A stretch of 64,000 nt of DNA. It comes from Hemiscyllium ocellatum. Lineage: Eukaryota. The notes beneath the pieces were generated by a model that was not told the origin of the DNA, searched no databases, and saw only the letters and a list, made by a program, of their open reading frames with translations. The translations under genes and the position numbers were made by a program. The DNA lies in contig NC_083409.1 of assembly GCF_020745735.1 (NCBI RefSeq), positions 14,192,760 to 14,256,759 of the forward strand, in the 5' to 3' direction. Positions 34,990 through 46,689 of the stretch are shown one piece after another (the first letter of the stretch is position 1; the number at the start of each line of letters is the position of its first letter).

Positions 34990-35486
34990 GGGGACCCTCT
35001 CTTGTTTGTGATCAGTAATTTGCTGATTTTTAGGTGGTTTGAATCACCCCAGATCCCTGGTTCCACAAATGGGCTGATTTAAAACTGTGAAATTAAGAAG
35101 GCAATAGACAGGTGTTTCAGGGCAAAAGAATCTCTGTGTTTATTCAGAACAGGCCTGTGTCTGGAAGCTCTTGTTCAGATAGCGTTTGGTTGGTGTTCCT
35201 GCTCTCGGGTGTCCTTTGTTACGATGATGCTCTTGGTTTGGTGTCTGGATTCAGCTTCTCTGTTCAGCCTCTGTAGTTGTTGGTTCTAAAGCTGCTTGTT
35301 GGTAGTGTGTGTTAGTAGGCCGAGGTTGTAAAAGTTAGTTTTAGTCAAGAGATTGTGTTCTGGTTGGTGTCCCTTTCAGAGTTGAGGTGTGAACTGGAAT
35401 TCCAGGCAGAACAATAGTTCCAGGCAGCCATTTTTTACAAAAAATCCAGGGTTTTAGATGATAGTGACTTTTGCTCAATCCTACAC
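34990..35486 (-). mobile_element. LTR-like segment between 35/36-bp direct repeats
   Basis: Minus strand begins tgtagga and contains AATAAA; flanked by acaagagaactccaa...ttcaatca at 34954 and 35485. Confidence 0.3.
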
Positions 35487-35689
35487 AAGAGAACTCCAAT
35501 TACGCTGACAATTCAATCAATTGATTCTCCAACATGAATTGAGCTTCATTTGTTACTTTGACTTATTTCTCTGGTTTTAATCAAAATGGATTTTGTTTTA
35601 TTGGGTCTGAATAACCTACATCCACATCATGTTCGATTAATCTGGGACACCTAAGTGTATCTTTTAAAGACCATGTATCAGTGTAGAGT

Positions 35690-36070
35690 TAGGCCATTCA
35701 GCCCATCACGTCTGCCCTGCCATTCGATCATAATTGATTTGTTTGTCAACCCCATACTCCTGCCTTTTCTCCATTACCCTTGATCCCTTTACCAATCAAG
35801 AATCCATCTATCTCTGTCTTAAATACACTCAATGACTTGGCCTCCACAGCATTCTGCAGCAATGATTAATCCACAGATTAACCACTCTCTGGATGAAAAA
35901 TCTCCTCATCTCAGTTCCAAAGGATGGTCCCTTCACTCTGAAGCTGTGCCCTCAGTCTCTCTGCCAAGTGGAAACATCTTCTCCATGTCTACTCTATCCA
36001 GGCCTCTCAGTATACAGTATGTTTCACTGAGATTGCCCCTCATCCTTCCAAACTCCATCAAGTACAGACT
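35690..36070 (-). mobile_element. CR1 3' end
   Basis: MRGNLSETYCILRGLDRVDMEKMFPL and CR1 tail. Confidence 0.8.
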
Positions 36071-36429
36071 GAATACTGGCTCCAACCACTCCTCAGACAA
36101 ACTTCTTTGTATTCTCTGAGCAATCTCACTCTGTCCCTCTGTTGATCTTCCTCCAGATGCAAAAATACAGTGTCTGAATTCTCTAATATCTCTGAATTTG
36201 TTCACCTCATAGGAGGAAGTTCACTTTGGAAATTGTCCAATTGCCTTTGGATCTCATGCTTTTTCTCATCCCCTCCTCCATTATACTCACTACTTGACAC
36301 ACCTGTACACGACTGAATGGTTCCTCAAAAACTGAGAGAGGAATTAAGGATGCTGGTTCAATCACATGTTGAGGTTTACCTATAACTTGACAAGTGTTTT
36401 TAAAAAATTATTCATTTTGTGTAATGTGA

Positions 36430-37800
36430 GCATCACTGGCTGGCCAGGATTAGTTGCTTATCCCCAGTTGCCCAAGGCCAGCATTTATTGCTCATCCCTA
36501 ATTCAACTCTTTTGTCCACGTTTGAACCAATCTGTAATGAAGCCAGGAGCTGAGTGACCCTGGTGGAACCCAAACTGGGCATCACTGAGCAGGTTATTGC
36601 TGAGCAGGTGCTGTTGATGACACATTCCCTCACTTCGCTAATGACCGAGAGGAGGCTGATGGGGCGGTAACTGGCTAGCTTGGATTTGTCCTGCTTTTTA
36701 TGTATAGGACATTGTTGGGCAATTATCCACATTGTCGGGCAGATGCTAGTGTTATAGCTTTCCTGGAACAGCTTGGCTAGGGAAGTGACAAGTTCTGGAG
36801 CACAAGTCTTCAGTATTATTACCAGAATGTTGTCAGGGTCCATAGCCTTTGCAGTACCCAGTGCCTCCACCCATTTCTTGATAACACGTGGAGTGAATCA
36901 AATTGACTGAAGATGGTTATCTTTAATGCTGAGGACCACTGGAGGAGGCCAAGATGGATCATCCACTCAGGACTTCTAGCTGAGGATTTCTGCAAAAGCT
37001 TCAGCCTTATCTTTTGCCCTGATGTGTTGGACTCTTCCATCATTGAGGGTGGGGATATTTGTGTGGAGCCCGCTCATCCAGTGAGATGTTTAATCGTCTA
37101 CCAGTACTCATGACTGGATGTGACAGGGCTGCAGAGCTTAGACCTGATCCATTGGTTGTGTGTTGTCTAATACTGTCTGTCAATTGCTGCTTGTGCTGCT
37201 TGCTATGCGAGTAGTCATGTTTGGTGGTTTCACCAGGTAAATACCTCATCTTGGTAAAAACAATGACTGCAGATGCTGGAAACCAGAGTCTAGATTAGAG
37301 TGGTGCTGGAAAAGCACAGCAGTTCAGGCAGCATCCGAGGAGCAGTAAAATTGACCTTTCGGGCAAAAACCCTTCATCAGGAATGCAGGAATACCTCATC
37401 TTGATGAATGACTGGTGCTGCTCCTGGTACGCCCTCCTGAATTCTCCATTGAACCAGTGTTGATTCCCTGGTTTGATGATAATGGTCGTGTCGGGGCTGG
37501 AGCACAATTCTGCTGCTGTTGATGGCCCACAGTCCTTCATGGATGCCCAGTCATGAGTTGTGAGATTGGTTGTAAGTCTGTCCCAGTTAGTCTCGTGAAA
37601 GTGCCACACAACACGATGGAGGCTATTCTCAATGAAGGCGGGTGTTGGTCTTCACAAGGACTGTGCGGTGGTCACCCTTACTGGTACTTTCGTGGACAGA
37701 AGCATCTGCAGCTGGCAGATTGGTAAAAATGAGTTCAAGTATGTTACATTTATAAAACTGTGCCACATCTTTATATAATTTTGGCTCAATAAAACACCTG
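36430..37800 (-). mobile_element. CR1/L2-clade LINE ORF2 relic
   Basis: KAMDPDNI...KTCAPEL...PIHKKQDKS...YRPISLLS RT N-terminal motifs. Confidence 0.8.
37254..37389 (+). mobile_element. 136-bp Penelope-pLTR-derived short element with 14-bp target-site duplication
   Basis: aatacctcatcttg at 37240-37253 and 37390-37403. Confidence 0.85.
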
Positions 37801-38249
37801 ATTCTGGATGCCTGTGGACAATTGGACAATTTCCAAATCCCCACGGTCCTGTCATGGAAATCTGATGTGCTCCTCACGATATCTCCCTGTGATAGCTGGA
37901 TGGTACCACGAGCCAATATCTAACCAACCATTCTTCATCTGGGGGTCCATGGAGGGACGGTGGTGGGGGGGCGGTCTCCACTTCCTCATCAGTGCTCCAT
38001 TCTGAAGATAATAGCATTCTGAAACCCCTCCAGCCTCGACCTCAGTCTGAACTGACAGTGCTCATTTATTTCATTCGGGATCTGCTTTTTGGATCTGCTG
38101 TAATTAGGGACATCATACCAACCACTCCACCTGGATTGTCTTCACCCTTTTGGAAAGTTTCAGCGATCCTTTCACTTGCTGTGATGTCACATCAACCCTT
38201 ATTGATGGATTTTGTTTAACCATTGCTCTGGTTACCTCACACGAAGGAG

Positions 38250-39550
38250 AGAGACCAGGAACCTGTTCCTGTCATTGTTCTGTTTCTTGGCCCTCCTTTG
38301 GACATTCTGTAATTATCGGGGAAGATACTGCCTTTAATCCTGACAAAATATTCCCCAGAAGAAAATCAACTCCCTCAACAGGGAATATTTTCCCCACTCC
38401 GACAATTACTTCTCCTGATAACAAATCACATTCCAGTTGTACATTTTGATGAACACCTTAGAATCCATTGAGCTCTCTGGAGGGAAAATCGATTCTTTCT
38501 CCAGTAAAAGTGATTGTATTGCCCCTGTATCTCTCAGTTTGATTCTGGGTTTAGCTGAAGAAAAAGGAGTCACCATTCCTTTTGATAAAAATCCTGTCCA
38601 CCTCTCATCTATTTTACAACTTCCTTTACTGATGACAGAATTCACCTCCAGCCTTTTTGTTATAGTTACAGCTACAACCTGCTCCGTGGGATTATCTGTT
38701 TGCATTCCCTCCTCTGACTCATTTTTACTAACTCCCATAAATCTCCTGGGTCTTACCTCACAGCTTCCAACATTCCATACGCACATGGCCCACCTTATTC
38801 CAAGAGAATCGTTTCAACTTCTGATCATCGCTTCCAGCCTCAGCAATTTCTTTCTTAATCTGAAGAGTAGTTCTCCGGCAGGTCCCTCCTGTCCATTCTC
38901 TCCCCTGTCTACCTGCCTTCCACACACACTCCCAATTTTTATTTTTCTCCCATTTCTGGGCCTGATGGGAATAAGGTTTCTGGATTAATCGCCCATCAGG
39001 TGACTTCTCCACCTCCTGATGCTGCTTGGCTTGTTGTGCTCTTCCAGCCTCCTGTTTGTCGACTTTGGATTCCAGCATCTGCAAGGTTTTGGCTTTAATG
39101 AAGACTATAATCATTAACCATTCTAGCTGCTTGTCATGCTGTTCTTCCCCTTCAGGCTTTTACATGAATTCTGATTCTAGTAGGGAAGGAAGTTTTAAAT
39201 CCTTCTCAGAGAATAATTTCTCCGACAGCATTGTAAGTATTCTCAGCTGTTAATGCTCTATCCACCTGTCAACATTATTTTGCTGAATTCTCTCAAACTC
39301 AGTAGAAGTTTGTGGAGGCTGTTTCTGTAAGTTCTGAAACATCTGTCTGTTTGTTTCTGGGATCGATGCATATGTGCTTTTCACCTTTTCACTTCCTTGT
39401 GATCCTGAGAATGTTCCTCTGGCAGGGATATAGAAACTTCTTGTGCTTCCCAAGTTCATTTTGCATGGGCAAACTCCATTGTTTTTCCTCGCCTCACTTG
39501 TTTAAATATCTTCTCAAAAGGCATGAAAAATGTCTCCACCTCCTTCTCTT
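38250..39550 (-). mobile_element. Gypsy/Ty3 (Gmr1-like) gag-protease relic
   Basis: SCAN-like gag (..QMFQNLQKQPPQT..FERIQQNNVDRWI..), decayed zinc knuckle KVGHVRMEC, aspartic protease LRDTGAIQSLL. Confidence 0.75.
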
Positions 39551-39554
39551 CATA

Positions 39555-41135
39555 GTCATAGAGTCATAAAGCAAACAAACAGGCCTTTCTGCCCACCATG
39601 TTAGTGCTGATCAGTAAACACCAAACTGCACTAATCCCATTTACCTGCACTTGGTCCATAGCATTCCATGCCCTGGCATTTTATGTGCTCATCTGGATGT
39701 GTCTTAAATGTTGTGAGAGGAGCTGCCTCCATCACCTTCTCAAGCAGCACATTCCATATTTCTACCACCCTCTGGGGTAAAAAAAATCCTCAATTCCCTC
39801 TCAACCACCTTTTCATCACATTAAGCTTATTTCCTCCGGTCATAGACATGTCTGCCATGGGGAAAAGATGATCACAATTGACTTTGTTTATGTCTCTCAG
39901 AATCAGATTCACCAACCCCTTCCACCACGCCCCCCCCCACCCACCCCCCCCATGCTTCCTCTGCTCCACAGGAAACAAACTCAGTTGATCAAGTCTCTCT
40001 CCTCATAACTAACACTTTCCATCCCAAGCAACATCCTGGTGAATCTACTCTCCACCCTCTCCAGTCCAATCATGTTTGTCCAACAGTGATATGTACACAG
40101 TGTTCCAGATATGGCCTAACCAATGCTCTGTAAATTAACAATGAGACTTCCTTACTCCGATATTCTGCACACCGGCTAATGATGGCAAGCATCCCATTTG
40201 CCTTCTTCACCACCCTGTCTAGCTGTGCTGATTCCATCTGGGATCGGTGGACTTGTACACCAAGGTCCCTTTGTTCCTCACTACTCCCAAGAACATGAGA
40301 ACATAAGAGCCAGGAGCAGGAGTTGGCCATCTGGCTCTTCGAGCCTGCTCCACTGTGCAATAAGATCATGGCGGATCTTTTCCTGGACTCAACTCCACAT
40401 ACCTGCACTCTCATCTTATCTCTTAATTCCTTTATTTTTCAAAAAAAAATCTGAGCTCTAAAAATATTTACTGAAGAAACATCAACTACTTCATTGGACA
40501 AGAAATTTCATAGATTTTGACCGTCTGGGTGAAGAAGTTCCTTCTCAATTCAATCCTAAATCTGCTCCCCTTAATTTTGAGGCGATGCCCTCTTGTCCAA
40601 GTTTCACCTGCCAGTGGAAATATTCTCTCTACTTCAGTCTTATCTATTCTCTTCATAATGTTATATGTTTCTATAAGATCCCCCCTCATTCTTCTAAGTT
40701 CCAATGAATATATGCCAGTCTACTCAGTCTCTCCTCATAAGCTAATACCCTCAACTCTGGAGTCAACCTTCTCTGCACCCCTTCTAGTGCCAGTACATCC
40801 TTTCTCAAGTAAGGAGACCAAAACTGCACAAAGTACTCCAGGTGTGGCCTCACCAGCATCCTGTACAGCTGCAGTATAACCTCTCTGCTTTTTAAACTCA
40901 ATCCCTTTAGCAATGAAGGACAAAATTCCATTTGCCTTTCTAATTGCTTGTTGTACCTGTAGACCAACCCTCTGTGATTCATGCATAAGGACACTCAAGG
41001 CACATGCCTTTCATTGTGTATATCCTCCCTTATTAGACCTCCCAAACTGGATCACCTTACACTTGTCAGGATTAAATTCCATCTGCCATTGTTCTGCCCA
41101 GTTACCAGCTGATCAATATCAGACTGTAGCCTGAG
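39555..41135 (-). mobile_element. CR1 3' fragments (two to three copies)
   Basis: LVRPHLEYFVQFWSPYLRKDVLALEGVQ; ALVRPYLEHCV. Confidence 0.85.
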
Positions 41136-41144
41136 ACCCAGTAA

Positions 41145-41880
41145 TCCAAGATGGCAGCAGAGTAGGACTCTTCAGACCAAGTTCATCTGCTCCGTCTGTT
41201 TCCTTTTCTGCTTTTTCTTCCACTGGTTTTTATTTTCTTTTGTGTTTTTCTTTTGCATTCTCTCTTCTTTTCTCTCCCAGCCACGGACTTCCAGCCTCAC
41301 TCGCCAGGCCTCTGACCAGTGCAGCCCCAGTGTTGCGGCCTCTTGACTTGGTGTGGCAGAGTCCTAACCTGGCAGAGAGACCTCCCAGCTCGGTGAGGCA
41401 AACTCTCGGTCTGACGTGTTGGGCTCTCAGTTTAATGTGGAGGCCTCTCGGCTCAGAATGCTCGACTGTCACTCCAGCGTGACGAACTCTCGGCCTAGCA
41501 TGGCGATCTCTCAATGGACCAACGTGGTTGTCTCTCGGCCCACAGTGTGGTCTTTTGCTGTATATAGTGGTCTTTCAGCCCAGCACAGCCTCAGCTTGCC
41601 TTCCGGTCTCGAAGTGAATGATTCAAAGTATGATCCCACGGTAGCTAAGCACTTAAGAAAGACTGGAATGATTGAACTTCCAGATTTATTTCTTTATTTT
41701 ATTCTTAAAACTAAAAAGGTAAAAAAGTCTGTAACGTGTAACTTTTAAATTTATTCTTTCTTTATACCTTGTTCTTAAGATTCTGTATCTCGGTCCTTGT
41801 ACCTAAGATGGCTCCTTCCAAGGTGACATCACATACTTTTGTACTTGAGTCCATGTAACAATAAAATAAAATCAATATCA
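41145..41880 (+). mobile_element. Non-autonomous LINE-derived element (possibly Rex1/Babar-type ends)
   Basis: Starts ccaagatggcagcag; pyrimidine tract; CpG-rich 21-bp periodic interior; ends gtacttgagtccatgtaacaataaaataaaatcaa. Family assignment is from memory. Confidence 0.4.
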
Positions 41881-43249
41881 ACAACACCACCAATTTACGT
41901 GGCATCTGAAAACTTTCTAATTATACAATCACAGTCAATTCATTAAGGTACATTACAAACAGAAAGGGTCGCAGCCCCAATTCCTGTCATACACCACTGG
42001 TCACAGGCTTCCAATTACGAAGACAACCCTTCACCAACTTGTCAACTTGCCTTGGATCCCATGGGCTCTGACCATCTGGATCAGCCTTCCATGTGGGGCC
42101 TTTGTCAAACAAATCAATACTGGCATCCCGACCTCTCCAAGTATTGCTTAATCCTGTACTTCAGGATTTTTTCTAATAATTTCCCTCACACTGACATCAG
42201 ACTAACTGGTCTGGAATTGCCTGGCCTATCCCTGCTGCCCTTCTTGAACAAAGGAACCACATTGACAATCCTCCAGTCTGGCACTTCACCTGTGGCCAGC
42301 GAAGTATTCATCAAGGAAAAGGCAATTAAACTTTCAAGACAATGAAATGAAAACTACAGTTAAGTTAAACCTAAAGACACGTTAGAGAAATGAACGCCTT
42401 CTCACTGTTATTTCAATACAATAAAGCTATAATGTTTGAATAGAAAGGATTTTATTTTGCCGTGTTTTGAAATTGTGTTTTCTGTCAGTATGTTTTATTT
42501 TATCTTCATTTCTTTTGTGCACTGAGGTCTTATTATTCAATCTAAATCATCAGCATTGCGTACTTATGCTCTACAGATGCTGCAGACCAACTGCATTTCT
42601 TCAGCAGTTTTGTTTGTGTTTCAGTCTGAGATCTGTGTTGTCCAATAATACCAGCAGTTGGGATGGGAATAGTTGGCTAGCATCATGATTGTCACTCTAA
42701 TTAGAAATTGACACTTCGTATTTGATGAATCCAACAAACCCTTACACTGTTTTCACATCTGTCAGTCACCACATCACTGCCACCGCTCTTACCTTTCCAG
42801 AATCCAGGCAAATCCTTTTGCTCTCAGTATGTGACTGATGTACTTGGGCATCTTTAATTGCAAACTTTCTTGTTCAGCCTAATGACTCTTTCTTTCTTGT
42901 TCAGCTCCTGACAAGCTACACCCTGCAGGCCACTAGATGATTGTGGTCAGCAATGCTTTGTATCTAGAATAGCCCACTTTCTCCCCATATCCTTCTCACT
43001 CACACTCTCAACTGATTACCCAGCTTGCCGTGTTTGAGGAGAAATTGACTCGAAATTGAATCAACTGTTGGTATTTCATGTGGCCATTCAATTGGAAAAC
43101 AAGTATATTTACACTGAAGTTAATAAATTATAAATGTATAATAATTGGACAGAATGATATATTAAACTTTGCAGCATTTGAGGGATATAACTTTTGCCGG
43201 TTTGTCAAGAATGCCGGTTCATAAGGTACAGGTTACAACAACATTTGCT

Positions 43250-44400
43250 GCGTATCTTTTATAATAGACTCCCGTATTTCTCCCACTACTGATGCCAAGC
43301 TAACTGGTCGACAAAAAACACTGTGTTCTATCTGTCTTCCTTCTTAAATAGTGGGGTTATTTTAGCCACTTTCCAGTCCATAGGAACTGCTCCTGAGTCT
43401 AGATTTCTGAAAGATGACGACGAGTGCATCTATTCTTTCTAATACCACTTTCCTAAGTATTCTGGGGTGAGGGGATCAGGCTGCCAAAGATATTTTATGG
43501 CCCCTCTTTGTCCTCCTATTTTTTAAGTACCCCCCCACACTTTCGCTTCTCCCGAAGGGCCTCCCCTCTTTTTAAAGCTCTGTACTTGGTATGTGCTTAT
43601 TCCTTTTTCTTTCACAAACTATCCATGTCCTTTGACATCCAGGATCCCAGGAGCTGCTGTCCTTGCCTTTCTTTCTGAGCTGGCCCTGAACTACATTAAA
43701 AAGATCCCCATTTTCCAAATGTAGACTGACCTCCAAGTAACTGATCCCAGTCTATATTTGCCAGATCCTGTCTAATGAAATTGAAATTGGTCTTGCCTCA
43801 CTTTAGACATTTACTTCTGCACTACCCTTATTCCTTTCCATAATAGTTAGGAAACGTACGGAGTTATGTTCACTATCTCCAAAATGCTCACCCATTGACT
43901 CTTCAACAATTTGACATTACTCGGATTGAGCCCAGCACTGCCCATGTCTAGTGGGACTATCTACGTACTGGCACCAAAAGCTCTCCTGGATGGACTTTAA
44001 AAATTCCATTCACATGAAGTCAAACATAAAGTTTATGTTAGAGAAGTTGAAATTCCTTGCTAATATAGCCCTATTCCTCTCACGCCTCTCAGTGATTTGC
44101 CGACATATCTGCTCCTCTCTCTCCATCTGACTATTGGGGAGGCTGTAGTATAATCCCAGCAAAGTGATTGTCCTTTTGTCTAGCTCTACCCAGACGGCGT
44201 CATTTGAAGACCCTTCAAAGAAATGCTCCTTCAGTAGCAATACTGCAGTCATGGTTTCTTTTATCAATAATGCAACACACCCACCTCTCTTGCACCCTGT
44301 CTATCCCACCTCAGACTTGTCTACCCTGGAATGTTGAGTGGCCAGTCCTATCTTTGTTCAATCTTGTCTCAGCAATTGCAACAATATGATATTCCAAAAA
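43250..44400 (-). mobile_element. CR1 endonuclease-region relic
   Basis: AVWVEL...TLLGLYYSLPNSQME.EEQICRQI...AILARNFNF. Confidence 0.75.
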
Positions 44401-45500
44401 GACAATGCAACAGCATATGAAATAGCATAAGAGATATGGTTAGTAAGTTTGCAGATGACACCAAAATTGGAGGTGGAGTGGACAGCAAAGAAGGTTCGGA
44501 GAAAGTGAGGACTGAAGTTGCTGGAGATCAGAGCTGAAAATGTGTTGCTGGAAAAGCGCAGCAGGTCAGGCAGCATCAAAGGAGCAGGAGAATCGACGTT
44601 TCGGGCATAAGCCCTTCTTCAGGGATTTCTTTTAAGCAAAGAAGGTTACCTCAGATTACAACGGGATCTTGATCAGATGGGCCAATGGGCTGAGAAGTGG
44701 CAGATGGGAGTTTAATTCAGATAAATGCGAGGTGATACATTTTGGGAAAGCAAACCTTAGCAGGACTTATACACTTAATGATAAGGTCCTAGAGAGTGTT
44801 GCTGAACAAAGAGACCTTAGAGTGCAGGTTCATAGCTCCTTGAAAGTGGAGTCACAGGTAGATAGGATAGTGAAGAAGGTGTTTGCTATGCTTTCCTTTA
44901 TTGGTCAGAGTATCGAATAGAGGAGTTAGGAGGTCATGTTGTGGCTGTATACGACATTGGTGAGGCCACTGTTGAAATATTCTGGTCTCCTTCCTATCGA
45001 AAAGATGTTGTGAAACTTGAAAGTGTTCAAAAAAGATTTATTAGGATGTTGCCAGGGTTGGAGGATTTGAGCTAAAGTGAGAGGCTGAACAGGCTGGGGC
45101 TGTTTTCCCCGAAGCGGCAGAGGTTGAGGGTGACCTTATAGAGGTTTACAAAATTATGAGGAGCATGGATAGGATAAATAGTCAAAGTCTTTTCCCTGGG
45201 GTTGGGGAGTCCAGAACTAGAGGGCATAGGTTTAGGTGAGAGGGAATGATATAAAGAGACGCAAGGGGCAACTTTTTCACACAGAGAGTGGTATGTGTAT
45301 GGAATGAGCTGCCAGAGGAAGTGGTGGAGGCTGGTACAATTGCAACATTTAAAAGGCATTTGGATGCACACATGAATAAAAATGGTTTGGGGGGATGTGG
45401 GCCGGGTGCTGGCAGGTGGGACTAGATTGGGTTGGGACATCTGGTCGGCATGGACAGGTTGGACCAAAGGGTTTGTTTCCACGTTGTACATCTCTATGTC
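44400..45500 (+). mobile_element. CR1 RT/3' fragment with nested Penelope-derived short element (about 44495-44625), in the palindrome spacer
   Basis: VSKFADDTKIGG, EFNSDKCEVIHFG, CR1 tail ctctatgtctc. Confidence 0.85.
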
Positions 45501-45879
45501 TCGCTGACTCTGTATTCCCAAGTGCCGTTCAATGTTCTCAGTTCAACCACATTACTGGTCAAGCTCCTTACATTGAAATAGCTACAATTCAGCTTTCTGA
45601 TCCTCCTGTATTCTGGATCGTGTCCTAGTGGTCACTCAGTGGTTTTCTGCATTGCCCTTACTTTCCCATGAAGGGAAACATTGAGCATTAACTTTAGGGA
45701 ATGTTAGACCAATTAGTCGGACATCAGCAGTGGAGAAAAAGCTCAAATTCATTATAAAATATTTTATAGCTTCGCACTGAGAAAACAGTGACAGAATTGG
45801 GCAGAGTCAGCATGGATTGTCAAAAGAAAAATCATGCTTAACAAATCGACTGGACTTGTTTGAGGATGTAGTGAATGGA

Positions 45880-46489
45880 TTTGACAAGGGGGAGCCAGCG
45901 GATGTGGTTTATTTGGACTTTGTAAGGGGAATAGATAGGTGGTTCTGTGGTCAAAAACGAGACTCCTGAATAGCTCTGAAGGGGGAGGGTGAACAGATAG
46001 CTGTGATGGTGCATGTAGGCCGCAATGATATACATAATAAACGGGATGAGGTCCAACATGCAGAATTTAGGGAGTTAGGAACCACATTAAAAATAAGGAC
46101 CTCAGAGGTAGTAATCTCAGGATTGCAACCAGTGCCGCGTATTAGTCAGAATAGACATGGAAGAATAGGCAGGATGAATGAGTGGCTTGAGAGATGGCGC
46201 AGTGGGGGGGGGGGGGGGTTCAGATTTTTGCGACATTGGGATTGGTTGGGGGGAGGTGGGACTATTACAAATCAAGAATGCCTGCACCTGGGCAGGACTG
46301 GAACCAATGTCCTCCAGGCTACTTTTGCTCACGTTCTTGGGGACGGTTCAAAATAATGTAGCAGAGTGATGGGAACCAAATGAGGAGGTTAGTGGACAGT
46401 AAGGAGGTAGTAACTAAAACCTGTAAGGAACTAAGTAATGAAATGGGCGTGATTAAGGGTAAGAATAGGTAGATGATGAACACAAAGGG
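45880..46489 (+). mobile_element. CR1 fragments including ORF1 esterase relic
   Basis: VHVGRNDI...EVVISGLQPVPR...RMNEWLERW...FRFLRHW. Confidence 0.75.
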
Positions 46490-46689
46490 NNNNNNNNNNN
46501 NNNNNNNNNNNNNNNNNNNNNNNNNNNNNNNNNNNNNNNNNNNNNNNNNNNNNNNNNNNNNNNNNNNNNNNNNNNNNNNNNNNNNNNNNNNNNNNNNNNN
46601 NNNNNNNNNNNNNNNNNNNNNNNNNNNNNNNNNNNNNNNNNNNNNNNNNNNNNNNNNNNNNNNNNNNNNNNNNNNNNNNNNNNNNNNNN
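46490..46689. other. Assembly gap of 200 N
   Basis: Run of n; the round length suggests a scaffolding or curation placeholder. Confidence 0.99.

Larger units (their letters stand above)
27007..44273 (+). repeat. Left arm of giant inverted repeat (at least 17.3 kb)
   Basis: 27007 pairs with 64000 and 44273 with 46690; dozens of mirrored ORF pairs have coordinate sums of about 90960-91007. Confidence 0.97.

Noticed and set aside
44274-46689. Pure fold-back (chimeric read) origin of the palindrome
   Set aside because: The arms differ by many substitutions and specific indels and there is a 2.2-kb unique spacer; haplotype mis-join remains possible and is kept in findings.
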